Source of the DNA: Blasia pusilla
Lineage: Eukaryota
Direction of reading: 5' to 3'
Assembly: GCA_050084515.1 (NCBI GenBank)
Contig: CM114271.1
Coordinates: forward strand, 21,948,001-22,012,000
DNA length: 64,000 nt
Below are positions 42,247 to 55,500 of this stretch, piece after piece. Position numbers and translations under genes: made by a program. Numbering within the stretch: position 1 is the first letter of the stretch; the number at the start of each line of letters is the position of its first letter. Below the pieces are notes generated by a model. That model did not search any database. It had not been told where the DNA came from and saw nothing but the letters and a program-made list of their open reading frames with translations.

Positions 42247-44660
42247 CTACAAAGAGTATTCATAAAATGAATTTTCTTTGTAGGAGGGTTTTGAATCTAC
42301 AGAAAATAAATAACAACTAAAAAAATTTGCAAAGTGAAATAAAGTCGTAGAGAAACTAGGACGAAGGGCTAGGATTAAACTCACCTTCCTCATCACCTTC
42401 AAGTACAACAAGAGGAACAATGTACAACTTTGGATTAGCATATACAAATCTATATTCCTTGGAGTGTTTCCATGTGCCCATAGCAGAAATGAGGACCTCA
42501 TCCACATAAAATTCTTAGTTGGACCCTCCATATTAACCCTCAGCAAAGCTTCAAAGTGAGAAGAGGTTAAGCTATTTCTTAAGCTATTCTTAATGACATT
42601 CTGAATGCTAAAAGCTCTCTCACATAATGTTGTTGATACACATTGGACTCTAGCTATATCATCTAAAATACAAAGATAAGCATACTTAGTCTTCAGGTTT
42701 GGACTACCACTTACCATACACCAAAAGTCCGTGAAGGACTTTTACTTCCATTTTGTCATGGCCTGAATCTAGAAGGCCAAGAATTCATTCTTGAGGGTTG
42801 CACCATCTAAAAGAGGCCTTTTCACCCTGCCATGCAAGGTTTTTTCATGTCCATAGAAAGAGCTCGACATTTCCAAGTCTCTCACACCCCAATCTCTTAA
42901 ACTAGATATGGTAGAAGGCATTTGGGATGGATTGAGGATCTTTAAACCTCCGATGGAGTTATTGTCTTCAAACCTTTCTTGCAAAGCTACACATATGGCC
43001 TCAACAAAATTCCTTTGGAAAAAAATAGCGTCTCCTAAATCCTATCCTGTCACATCCCTATCCATTTGGATTGAATGAAAGACAGAACCCCTTATCTCTG
43101 ATTGCAAGCGTTGCACATATCCATCACTAGGACCATAGTTTGGAAGGAGATGAAAACCACTAGATTGAGAAATGAGATAGGCATTCATATCTACACTTTC
43201 ATGTACATAATTCATTCCAACCTATGCTATCTCAGTCTGAACAATAGAAGCAACGTTAGATATATCAACAAACTTCATCTGAAATAAAGCTCAACATTGC
43301 CATAGAATGAAGTATGTTAGCTAGAAAATATAGAATGTAAATCATTTTGAAGGACTTCAACCTCTTTAGAAGATGTGAAGCTACCCCATCATCTTCCCTG
43401 GGATTCACAGTAAAGAAATAGATCATGATCGATTCTAAACTATCACATAAAGAGGTAACGGCTTGCCACCTACTAAGCCATCTGACCTTCTGATAACGTT
43501 TCATGACTTTCCTAGAATCATTTAGCTCTTCTTGTAGAGAAGAGATACCAAACTTCCTCTTAGAACTCTTCTTGAAATGAAAAGCTACAGAATTCAAAAT
43601 GTTATCCACCTCATCACTAAGTTCCTTGCACCATGGGATATTTGCTGCAGCAAGAGCAACTAAATTTGTCTGGTGTGCCACACAATGGACGCTTGTCATG
43701 TAAGGATTAACATTTATCTTCAAACGGGGACTTACCCCATTCCTAGTACCTATCATAGTGCTGGCCCCATGAGACCCAAAACCAACCATCTTCTCGAAAT
43801 CCAATTCCCATTCCCTAAGTAAGGATACTAAACAATCTAAAATGGACTGGGCATCCTTGTTCTCAACCTTGATCAATCCTAAGAAGGAGGTGCACACTTG
43901 ACCTTCATCAAGGTAAGTGAAAAAGAAAACCAGGTGTCATGTTACCGATATGTCAGTGGATTCATCTATCATTATTTCATAAAAGGGGACTAAGTCTAAC
44001 CCTAGCTAGAAGCAATCTTTGAATTACCAAACTAATACATGTTATCATATGTGCACATGTCTTGTCATCCTGATACATCGATTTTGTGAGCATCATAGAT
44101 CTAGATTTGAGTAATGTGCAAAGACCACGGAATGAGGAAAATGCAACATTATACTTAGCCATGAAGTATGCTCCTCGAAATAGATCAAGCACCGCTAAAT
44201 CTCAATTTCTCTTGGTGCTTGCAATAGCTTTCTCTAGATCTTTTCTAAGAGTATACTGAGCCCAAGCCAACTTTTTATGTTCCTTGGATTTACCATGGTA
44301 TATGAAGGAAAAAATCTTCACATTGATGGCTCTAGATGTGGCAAATACAGATTTCCCTCCCGGGTCCTTGCACACTTTACAAAATACCCTACCCGTGTGA
44401 GGCTCAAAATGGATCCAATCAAAAGATTGATACCAAGAGTCTTTCCAAGCCTCTTGTTCTCTTCAATCTTCGAAGAGGCAAGATCTGAAGGAGAATCTTT
44501 CTCCTCGCATGAGTTGGTTTCTGATGCTGGTTCACTGATAGTCCTCTTCATAAACCCCAAATCAGTAAGGGATTTTTGTCTCTTACCCCTAGATGCATTG
44601 TTGGCTGATATATCCTCCACTAGGGACTTTGAGAGTTCAGGTTTGTAGTCTCTAATATTC
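42247..44660 (-). pseudogene. hAT transposase (ZNF862/C17orf113-like), frameshifted
   Basis: N-terminal zinc finger FDWIHF...VFCKVC...H...H; MIDESTD; FGSHGASTM (decayed DGA); HCVAHQTNL; RWLSR; dimerisation domain STTLCERAFS...NSL. Confidence 0.88.
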
Positions 44661-44934
44661 ACGCTAGTGTGAAACCCTTTGTAAAGGGTTTGGGCTTGGA
44701 CGGTTTCAAGGGTTTAGAGTCTAGTTGGCCGAGTGTGCCAATGAACACCCAAGGATTCAACGAAAGGCCTCCTAAGGTAGAGGGAACAACTGCTCACAAT
44801 ACAAAAGGAAAAACCAGAAAACAATGCAGCCAACAAACTAGTGAAGCCAACTTAAAGGAATCCAAGCTGCCAATGAAAGACTCACAAAACTTCGAACAAA
44901 GAGCAACAACGACGAGCTACAAGAATGCAAATGA

Positions 44935-45782
44935 GACCCAAGTCCCCGACCCCTACTCCCTCGGGCTCCAACTCCCTAACTCCTGAGTGAAAAAAGGAAA
45001 ATAAGCGAGGGGCAAGTAGGAGGAGAATGCAGTGTGCGCGGGCTTCTTCTGGATTGCAGTGGCACAAGAACGAGGCGCGAGATCTAGCACATGAGGATTG
45101 AGGACCGAGTCCCCACTCCCCAACTCTCCCCGAGTCCCCGACCCCTACTCCCTCGGAACCCGACTCTAGCAACAGCGATGGGTCTCGGATGAGCCACTGA
45201 GACTCTGAGTGAGTCGCGCGCTCGCCTGCCCAACTCGTGGAATTGGATGCAGTGCGTTCGCTACGTCAGGCTACTCGGGAAGCCGATTGCTTCCGTTGAA
45301 TCCTTCTCAACTTCTTGTCTCTGGCGGTGGGTGGCAGGCAAGCAGTATAACTGAGCAGGGTCGAGCAGCTCGAGCTAGCAGCCTAGACCAAACTGACCAA
45401 AGACCGACCAGTGAGGAGCAATGTAGCATCGAGCCGTGGGCAAGGACTCAAGGAGCAACAAGCAGCGACTCAGCAAGTGAGTATTGAGTAAGCACTAAGT
45501 AGCGACGACTTAGAACTGAGCAGTCACGGCAGTGAGCACTGAGAGCAGTGAGAAGTAAGCACAATGATGAGCAACAACGACGAGTGAGGCTCAGCGAGCA
45601 GCGAGGCGCCGAGGAGTAAGCACACTTAGCACAACAAGGAGCGAGCAGCGAGGAGGCTAAGGAGTAAGCACAGTGACAACTCCGACGATCATTGAGCAAA
45701 GCTGCAGGGAGCAGATGGGAGTTGAATCGCAACTGTCTCAACCCTACTCTCGTGGCCCCGACTCCCTCTCTCCCGAGTCCCG
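44935..45782. repeat. Dispersed subterminal-type motifs CCGAGTCCCC(GACCCCTACTCCCTCGG) upstream of the hAT transposase
   Basis: Copies at ~44938, ~45104, ~45130 and ~45740-45780. Confidence 0.55.
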
Positions 45783-46577
45783 AAATGTGATGTGCCGTCG
45801 GATCAGCCGCATCCTAGAAGGGACGGCTGGATGAACGCTGCACCCGGGCCCCTTATCCACTACCCTCTTGACACCTGTCGTTCCCCGGCACCTCCTCCCC
45901 CTGCCGGGAAATGCCTGCACCCGTCGACGAGGCCCGGTTACGCCGCCGGGAAATTCCAGCCGGTTTCCTCAAAACGGCCGGCGTTTGAGACTTGAACCAG
46001 CTCACTTCCGGCGATACCTCTTGCCTGTTCAGTTTCGTCCCGGGTGAGTTGAGCCCATCGGTAAATCTCAAAATTTACCGGCAGCCTTTACAAAGGATGC
46101 CGGTACTGTCCGAGTCCGAGCCTTGAGCGCGTGTTCCGAGTTCAAATTCTCTCTTTCAAACGGCTCTTCTCTGAAGAATGTTCGCTCGCGGATTTCTGTG
46201 AATCCGGATTGTGCATATAGATGCATCCGCTCGGCAATAGATTCTTACAGAGCGAGATTGTCAGTCGCGTGACGTGTGGGGGATTCTGTTCCCTTGAGTT
46301 TTTTCTTTGGTGGGATGCATGCGTTCCTACTGGTTACAGCCGTGAGCATGGAAGGTGCATGCAACCCAAGGGTTTGAGGAGGAGAAGGAAAGGATGTATG
46401 TGGAAATGAGGGGCGGGAGTTGATCGGTCATGATAAGGAGATGGGATTTGGGAATGTGGGGAATCCCAGATTGTAGAGAGCGTGGTCTTTGACTCATCGG
46501 GTAATTGTTTAGCGCCGGTCGGTGTTTCAGAAATGATAGGTCGGAAATTTGGGATCTCAGATTGACGGGTTTCTTCG

Positions 46578-49500
46578 ATGAGCAACAATTTCAATGAAGA
46601 CGATGTGAGTGATATGACTCGATATCTTTCTGCTGATGAGGAAGAGGAGTAATGGGTTTCTGCTGCCAATTTAGACCTGCTTTCTATGTTAAGTGGTTGA
46701 CTAGACGATGCCATTTGTTGAGTCCTGCTGAGCCTCCAGCTCAGTTGTCTTGTTCAGGCTTTCAGCTGTCGGGCGATCATACACCCCTGTAGTAGAGAAT
46801 TTTGCTCGTTCTCTCTGGAAAGTTTGATTTTGGGCGGAAGAATATTGTCATTCGTCTTACGCTTTCAGATCCAAATTCACTGACGGATAGGGTGGATGAT
46901 TTGAATTCTTGCTCCTGGCTGGTTACCCTAGGACTTCGATTGGGAGGCCGCTGTTTCGGAGATCGATAAGGCGTGCAGTAGAGCTGAAGGGGCAGAAAAG
47001 GCCGCTGGAGGACCGTACAATCACTCAGCTACTAGTGTGCAAAGTAGAGTGGGTCACAGAGCTGAGGGATCCGGGAGGGGAGCTGGAGTCCAACCATCTC
47101 AGTCGACTCAAAATGGACAGAGCAGGGTTTTTCAGCAGAAAACGCTGGATTCTTTTCTTAGGGACAGTGCGAAGCAAAGGAATGATACAAGCCAATTCAG
47201 GGTTCAAGCGATGGGAGAAGGGGAGGTTAGAGATGAGTGTGAAGTTCCATGCGATCCAATCACAGCTAGAACTTGGATCTATCCGGGTAAGAGTGAATTC
47301 TCGAGAACTCACCCTCGCTTCAATCTTCTAGCTGTGGGTCTTCATCTTACCTTCGATTTCTGAACTCCCTCCATCTAACACAATGATGATCCTGCGAGAA
47401 ACCTTCAGTTTGAGAAACAGACGTTTGTGAACATATTAAACAGTTTTTGCAGAAACATCAGGAAATTGCGAAACCCTTCTTTTTGCAAGTTTTCTGAACG
47501 AATATTTCTTAAAGCAGTAGGTCTCAAAGAAGGCGGTGCAGACTCGGGTTCTAATCAGTGCATGTTTTGAGCAGCAAACGTGCCCCGACGGACGTACCAA
47601 TACAACATCACCAAGACTGCGCTTTTCTCCAACACTCTCGTATCCCTACCCACTGGCCTGGGGAAAACGCTCATTGCCGCAGTTGTGATGTACAACTTCT
47701 TTCGATGGTTTCCTACAGGTTCGGACCGATTTCTTCAGAGCCGTGAGAATCTTTTCTGGAGAACCAGTGCCGTACAGGAATTGCTGAGACTTTCTAATCG
47801 TATGATTTTCTTTACTCCGTGTATGAGCTGGTGTAGAGGGAATCATAATTAACGTTCCAAGTGGATATGCGCAGGAAAAATTGTTTTTACTGCCCCATCG
47901 AGGCCCTTAGTAGTGCAGCAAATCGAAGCCTGTCATAACGTGGTGGGAATACCACAGGTATGGACTTCATGTTTATAGAGGCAAATAATTTGGTTAGTCA
48001 TACAAATTCGCTGATTGAATGAGTGGAAGAGGGACTATTTAAACGGGAGTACGTGATTCCGAAAGTACACACAAGTGATTAAAGGCGTAATGCAAGAGGA
48101 TTGAATTTGCAAGTTCAATAGAGTGGTAATATATCAGAAGGTGGGGTGCTGTATCCGGGAGCTCCTAAAGAGAATTGTGAGTTGGTCTGACGAGGCCTTG
48201 AGCGGCTACACGTTTCAAGTGGGACTGAAGCACTATTTTTCAGGCCAAACCTTTAGAGCCTTGTCGCACAGGTAACAATTGATAAGGTTTATCCATCGGA
48301 CGTTGGTGCTAGTAAGCAGTGTGGAAGAATACTAGAGCGGTATACTGTGGCAGGTCACGCCCACTTTGGGTGGAAGGGGGACTAAAGAAGACTTCAATCT
48401 TTGTGGCTCATGATTCATACGCTATTTCTTATGTGGCTGTGGTGAAGGATATGGCAATTGACATGACTGGTGAAATGAGTCCACCCATAAGAGCACAACA
48501 CTGGCAATGCAGACGAGTCTTTTTTGTCACTCCTCAGGTTCTGGAAAAGGACATACAATCAGGTTATTTCTGGAATGCCTCATCACATCTCAGTTCTATT
48601 GAATTCCTGCCATTTAATATTCTCTTGCTTTGAATCTGCTTTACTCTGGATTTTCGTGCTAAATCTGCGATTCTTCCTCTATTGCAAGTGGACTCTTCAG
48701 TGGGATCTGTAGACATCTGATTAGCCTGGATTGGTCACCTTTGGATGTAGTTTGGATTGATGCCTCCATGAGAATAAATGAGTGATGGAAGTTTGTATGT
48801 TTGTTGTGACCTTCTTCATCTTGATTTGAATGTGGTGCTTTCCAGGAACATGTGCGACAACGCAAATTGTGTGCTTAGTTGTAGATGAAGCCCACAGAGC
48901 CACAGGGAACTACTCATATTGTGTGGTTGTTCGTGAGGTAAGTTGCGTTGCAGAAGCCTATATGTGGCATGTTAGCTTCTGGTACAGGCATATCTTGCAA
49001 CTTTTACTTGGTGATGGATTCCAGTCTGTTTGAGGCTGTTTCAATCCTTTAAAGTCTTGGGATGCAGACATCTATTGACTCTCTAAACGTGTTTGATTTG
49101 GAAGTTACTGGCAGCCAAAATCAAATTCCGAGTTCTGGCCTTGACAGCAACTCCTGGCTGTAAGTTTAATCTCTGCTGCAGAGACATGTGTGTACCTCTT
49201 TAAAAATTGTAAGAGGTTTATCAGAGTAGATTTCTTTGCACGTGTTATTGTTCATCTCTCCAGGTCCAGGTCCAGGTCCAGTTTCTTAGTTTCTTCTTTT
49301 GTGTACTAAAATGTTGGCACAATTGGTGTGCAGCTAAGCAAATCACAATCCAAGCTGTGGTGGACAATCTCCAGATTTCATGCCTTGAATATAGAGACGA
49401 GAATGACCCTGATGTCAGCCAATATACTCACAATCGAAAGCTTGAACTTGTTGAGGTACAACTATGAACTGCTGAATTTTGGACTTCAGGAGCAGCAAGC

Positions 49501-52500
49501 AGCTCATTTCCTAATTATTCTCCGCTGACTCATGCTTTCAGGTACCTCTGAATTCTGAATCGAATCAAGTCAAGGATCTTCTAATTGATGTGATACAACC
49601 AATTGTACACAAGCTTTGTCATCTTGGCGTGTTCTACAGCAGAGAGATTACCAGAGTTTGTATACTTTCCCTAGCTATATGTCTTGTAGCAGCTTGCACT
49701 CTGCTTATTGACGATGTTCGCAGCTAACAGCAGCTTTAGGAATGCAGAGTTTCAGTGTGGGTAGCATTTCCACTCTGGACTGAAATGAACATATCAGATG
49801 TTCTTATTCACATGGTTATGTAGATAGATGGAAATGAACTTCGATTCGTTTAGTGAATTAGAAATGGACATCAAAGAGCATTATATTTGTTCAATCATCC
49901 TTCTAATCTTAACTGGAATCTATAAATGGGCTTGCTAAGTGGCTTATTCAACTGAGCCATCTCCAAGAGTTCAATTGAAGACGCCTGTGGAATTACAAAG
50001 TGGATGCTTAAGCTTCTGATCTCTGTAGAAGCTATGGAAATAATCGTTTTCCTATTTTTCAGTCATATGAATATGATTCCGAAGAGCTTTACAGATCACT
50101 CAATTGTCACGTTTGATGCTCTCTAAAGATTCGGTAAATTAGTTGTGCATCAAATTTATCACCATGGGTTTGATCAATTCTCAGACGTTCCATATTGAGC
50201 AGTGGCTCAGAGCTTTCCAATGTAGAACTCATGATCATTTTTTTAAATTCAATGTGCAGCTTACAGCCTATGAATTTATTATGTCAAGGGACAAATTTCG
50301 TCAGGCCCCACCACCAGCTATTCCTCAGGGTAGATATCAAGAAGTGGAGTGCTATTTTGGGTTGGCCATAACGCTGTTCCATATTTTCAAACTCCTGTTT
50401 ACTCATGGTATGCGACCTGCATATGAGATGCTCCAACAGAAACTTCAGCAAGGGTAAGCTTAGTACTTGCAAGGGAGCATTACAGAGAATGAAATTAGCT
50501 TGCTGTGATGGAGTTTTTTTCATTTTCTTTTTTTTTCAACCTTATTTCTATAATATTGCCCATTGTAATGCAACACCTAAGGTCTTGAGGGTTTATTATC
50601 TTAAGTTCTGTAGGTGTGCTTTGGATAGTTTTGTCCTCCCTTCATCCCTATCCCGATCCATAGTAGATGAGATGGATAGGGATGGTTGTTTCCTCCCTTC
50701 ATCTTTACAAATTGCCTGGTTAGGGAACATCACAATCATGTCTGACTGGGTATCTGCTCCTTAAGTGAGAAAGTAGGAAGATGTGAAGTCCACCACATAA
50801 ATGTGATTCTTGTGATTCTGACATATGAAACATATTTTTTGAACCGTCAGAGTTCTGAAAAGACTTGGGGCGAATGAAAATCTGCGCCAAGTACAGAGTG
50901 TGATGAAGCAGACCATAGGCCATGGTGCACCTAGTCCCAAGCTTGATAAAGTGGTAGAAGTTATCAATGACCACTTTGGTAAATTTCATGTGAATCGCTA
51001 CCCATCAACTTGGTACTCTTCAAATATGCGAATATTTATTCATTTCATTTATGTAGGGTCTATAGGGACATCTCTATTAAATTTCAATTTCCGTTTCTCA
51101 ACAATAGTGGGTAGCAATGTGTATTGTGGTGCAGGTGGACATGATCCCACAAAGACGAGGGTAATCATATTCACAAATTACAGAGAGAGTGTTAAGTAAG
51201 ACATCAACTCCTCTGACACAGTTTGGTTCAAAAGATGATCACTATTATTAACTGATTACCTGAACCGTGCCTTGAATACTACGTCTCTGCAATTGAAAGC
51301 CATTCTTCTCCTAGCGTTGGGATGATTTAGGACTGTCGCTTAGCATTGATCAAGAGTTTTGAAGGGTTTGAATGTTTGGGGTTTTGATTCAATGAAGAAA
51401 AGGTCTAGGCCGTGTTTTGTATTCATCTTGATATTTTTGTTAGAAAGTGCTGGTTTGCATTTTTACAAGGAACTTAATAGTTTTCGGCGATGAATGCTGG
51501 TTGGTTGGCTAACATGGACTCAATTGCTTTGCCTGCTTTTTGAATCAGAGACATTATGGAAATTCTGTCAGCAAAATGCACACACGTAAAAGCCATGGAG
51601 TTCATCGGGCAAAGCTCGGGTAGAAAACATAGATCCTTATCGCATAAAATGGCTAGTTGCTGGATTTTTAATTGTTTCATCTGGTGCGGAAGAAAGTCTT
51701 GCTTAATGGCTCTGTGTCTGTTCATGAACTTCTCCATCTTTAAGTATTATGACAAATATGAGACTAGAGTTATTGTAGCAGTGTCCTTGATCATGTGTGT
51801 ACGTGATAGCCCCTTCACAAAGAGACCTGCTTAGCATCTGGCTCTTTGCGGTTGTTTCTCCCGATATTGAAGGTTGTAGTGTATTTCTGATCCACCCAAT
51901 GTTCGATGAAGAAAGACATTCTGCTTGTTGATCTGGCAGGGAAGGCTTCCAAAGGACAAAGTCAGAAAACTCAGCAAGCTGTCCTGCAGGTACTTTACCG
52001 AAGTGTATAGTATGGGTGTTTATAGTAAATGAGACTTGTCATAAGAGTAAAGCCTTTCACAGCATTGCGACCGTAGATCCACGAGGTAAGGGAGATCGTT
52101 TAAGAAATTAATGATGCTCTGGGAGGAGAAACTTGGTTTAGAGCCCATCACTGTAAACTTTTAGTTTCTAATATTTGGGACACTATGAACTACACTAAGC
52201 TCTACTGGATGCGCCGTGACTTCCTGCCGCTATCGTATTTGATGTCTTCAAGGAATAATTCACCACATCCTGAAACTTCTCGAGAGTTGTGGACTTATTT
52301 CAGGTCAGGAATCTTAACGAGACGAACTAAAGTGGCCATCTAGTCTGGAAATGGTCAAGGTCAAGGTCAAGGTCAAGGATTGTAGTGTGCCCTTCAAAAG
52401 CAATTACATTTAACGTAAACTTCTTAAACCAGCATGCACTTAGAAGGGTCCGCATTAGAATAACTGGAAATTGTAGGGGATGGAACATTTAAAAAGTGCG

Positions 52501-55500
52501 TGTTCTTTTGCCTCATTGTTTTTGTAGTAAATTCTTTTTCTTGGACAATGCTGTGTGAATGTGAGAAAAAGCTGTAGAATTCTATTTATGGACGAACAAG
52601 TTTTGGCAAGGTTTTGGACACTGCACTTTCTAAACGGCCTGCTAGCTAGCTATCGATTTACCAAGATAGTTGATTGATCGTCGTTTGTTTCCTGGATTCT
52701 CTAACGATTTGTTTCTGCCCCTAGTGATATGACACATGATGAACCGAGGTCTAGGACAGCTCAGTTAAATAGATCAGCTGTTGGAATGTTCCTCCGTTGG
52801 TTCTTCTGGTTTTCTGTTTTGGTACTGGAGAAATAATGTCATTCTATTTATGAGGTTTTAATAACTGCCTCGAGGTTGGAGAGCACAATTGATATCATGC
52901 AGGTTCGGTTTGGCTGTGCAGAAATTCCGAGCCGGAGGTTTCAATGTTATTGTGGCGACTTCAATAGCTGAGGAAGGTTTGGATATTATGGAGGTGGACC
53001 TTGTGATTTGTTTTGATGCTAACATTTCGCCTCTCCGTATGATTCAACGTATGGGTCGGACGGGACGGAAGCGTGATGGTCGAGTCGATATCCTGCCATT
53101 TGACAGATAAATGCCATGATCTTTGTTCCTATTGCTACAGTCGTGTTCTAATGATTGGGGTCTGTTCATAGAAGACGTAGTGGTGTCATGTGAGCGATTT
53201 GAATTATTTTTTGTTGAACGTAATTCAAACCCTCAGGCTAATCATCTTTTTCTCACGCAGATTTGCTAGGGTGACATGGTAGAATTCTGTTCATGTTAAG
53301 CGCAACGACAGGGCTATATTGTTTTCTCTTTTGCAGTCGGTCATAAGTTCCTCAGAGAGTATACTTCTCTTAGTATGCAGTCGATCGATGCATTTCTGTT
53401 GCCTCCACAGGAGCGACTGACGAGAATTCCTAGTGATAAGCCATTACAAGCTGTTTGCTGATTGTGGTCCCCGAAAATCAGTACAACGCCTTACTTTAGA
53501 TGTCACCATTTTCGGATGGAGATTCCTCAGTTTGCTTGATTGAATCACCTTGTTCTCCTTACACTGGTCAATTCTTCTGAACTCAAGGATCACCGTACGC
53601 ACTTTTTGACACAGGCTTTCCAATGACTTGGTAGATGCTACTTACACTACGAATACCTCGTGTTTGGAGTATATCATTGACCCTGAGCATTCAATCTTTA
53701 TATATTCTACTGTTCATACCTCGTAACTGCTGTTGATTCTGTGACACTTTGTACGTTCCCATGGTTAGTTTGTCTTTGTAATATTGAAAGGATCAGCTAT
53801 GCGGATGAAGTGTGTCACTATTGGTAATTTCCTTCCCAAGAAGATTTAGCCTTAACCAGCAAAGCACTAGTGCTTGCATGCGAAGGGGCAGAAGTACAAG
53901 GATATCTGAAGAAACAGTCGAAGAGCAAAGCCCTGGGTAAACACATGTGTAATGGAGGGATCCACAGTTTCAACTTTCATCCGAGTCATCACATGGTGCT
54001 TCCAATCCTCAGTTTCTATTTTTCTTCTTGAATTATGAAGGAGTAGAAACATTGTACTTGCTCTTCGTTGATGGCTTGAAGTGTGAGCGTGCTGCTTAGG
54101 ACATTCCTAATCAGGTAAATGGAATTAGGAATGGGGAATCCACTGGTGGAAGTGTTGGATGGCTACTTTGCATCGGAGAATGCCTGACTCAATGTGTTTA
54201 GATTGAGTTAACAAGTTCACTCGCTTAAGTCCATCGGGAACCTAAATTGGAGATGCCACTAAAAGTGATCATGTCGCAGACTTTAGGACATCCTACAGGG
54301 GAAACAGAAAGCTGCTTGAATCTGAGCAAGTAGAGCACATCGTTGTGTGGAATCGTCGTGTAGACCAGTGTACAACTTTTCTGACTGAAGTTTTATTTTT
54401 ATTTTTTGTAGATTCCGCACAGGTTCCGCCCAGAGGTCCAGTTAGTGGAGTTAGCCATTGAGGAGTTTGTGCCACGCACTCGGAAGTTGAAGGCTAAGGA
54501 AGCAGATGGAGCAGTTAATGGTCTTAGAAACCTAACAGAGAAAGAGCTCCAAATTCTAGAGAAGTACAAGACAGATGTGGAACCATGGAAACCATCACTT
54601 ATTGTTTATCCGTATTACCAGTCCGTTCCGACCCGTGTTTATCGCGTCAAGCATTCATTCAGAACCTGTATGTTTATAGATGCTGTCCGATTACTGCAAG
54701 AGGTACCTGGGCAGCTGACTGGTGAGGACATTTCACAGAAAAAGGAGGTAAGAACTTGAAAAACTACCAGGGGCTTATCACATTGGTCCCCGAGGACATG
54801 AAACTTAGTACAATTTGAAGATACCTTTTTGTCATCTCAACAGCATCCAAATTGTTATACAGATTTTGCTTCTGAAGCTGACAATGCGCTAGAGCCTGAG
54901 CATTATCTGCCCTTCCAATCTGATATCAGTTATGTGAGCCGCCGTTCTTTCATCTGCAGGTCACTACATCCATAGATACAGGTCTCTTAATCCATGTGGA
55001 TAGTTCGCTCGCTGATGATGAAGCCTGTGATGAAAGAGATCAACCCGGGTCTCCAGGTTCAATGGCTACTAGACATGAAGCCGAGCCAAGTGCTGTGCCT
55101 AACGTGGGAGGGTACAAAGACGTACTGTTCCTTGATGACTTCCACAAGGAGGAGGATATCAATGATTGCCATCAGTCTCCTGGATTTCCTGCTGATGGTT
55201 GTATCTCAGGTCAGTAGTCTTGCTTGCATCTCCCACCGTGGTATGTTGCTTCAAAACAACATCTTGCTTACATCAGGCATTTCTGTGCCAATCCTAGCGT
55301 TCTGCAATATAAAGTACGTTATACTTGTGTTAGATTTGTTTTACATTGTCATTGATGCAGAAAGTTATGTGTTATTGGATCCCTTCGTCTTTCGTTCAAT
55401 CTTTAATGCTAAACTGTGTTATAACTTTAAAGGGCATACTGAAGCTTTTCTCAAGAGTAAGTTGGTTTTGGTTGCCTGATCGAAATTCACATAAATGTCT

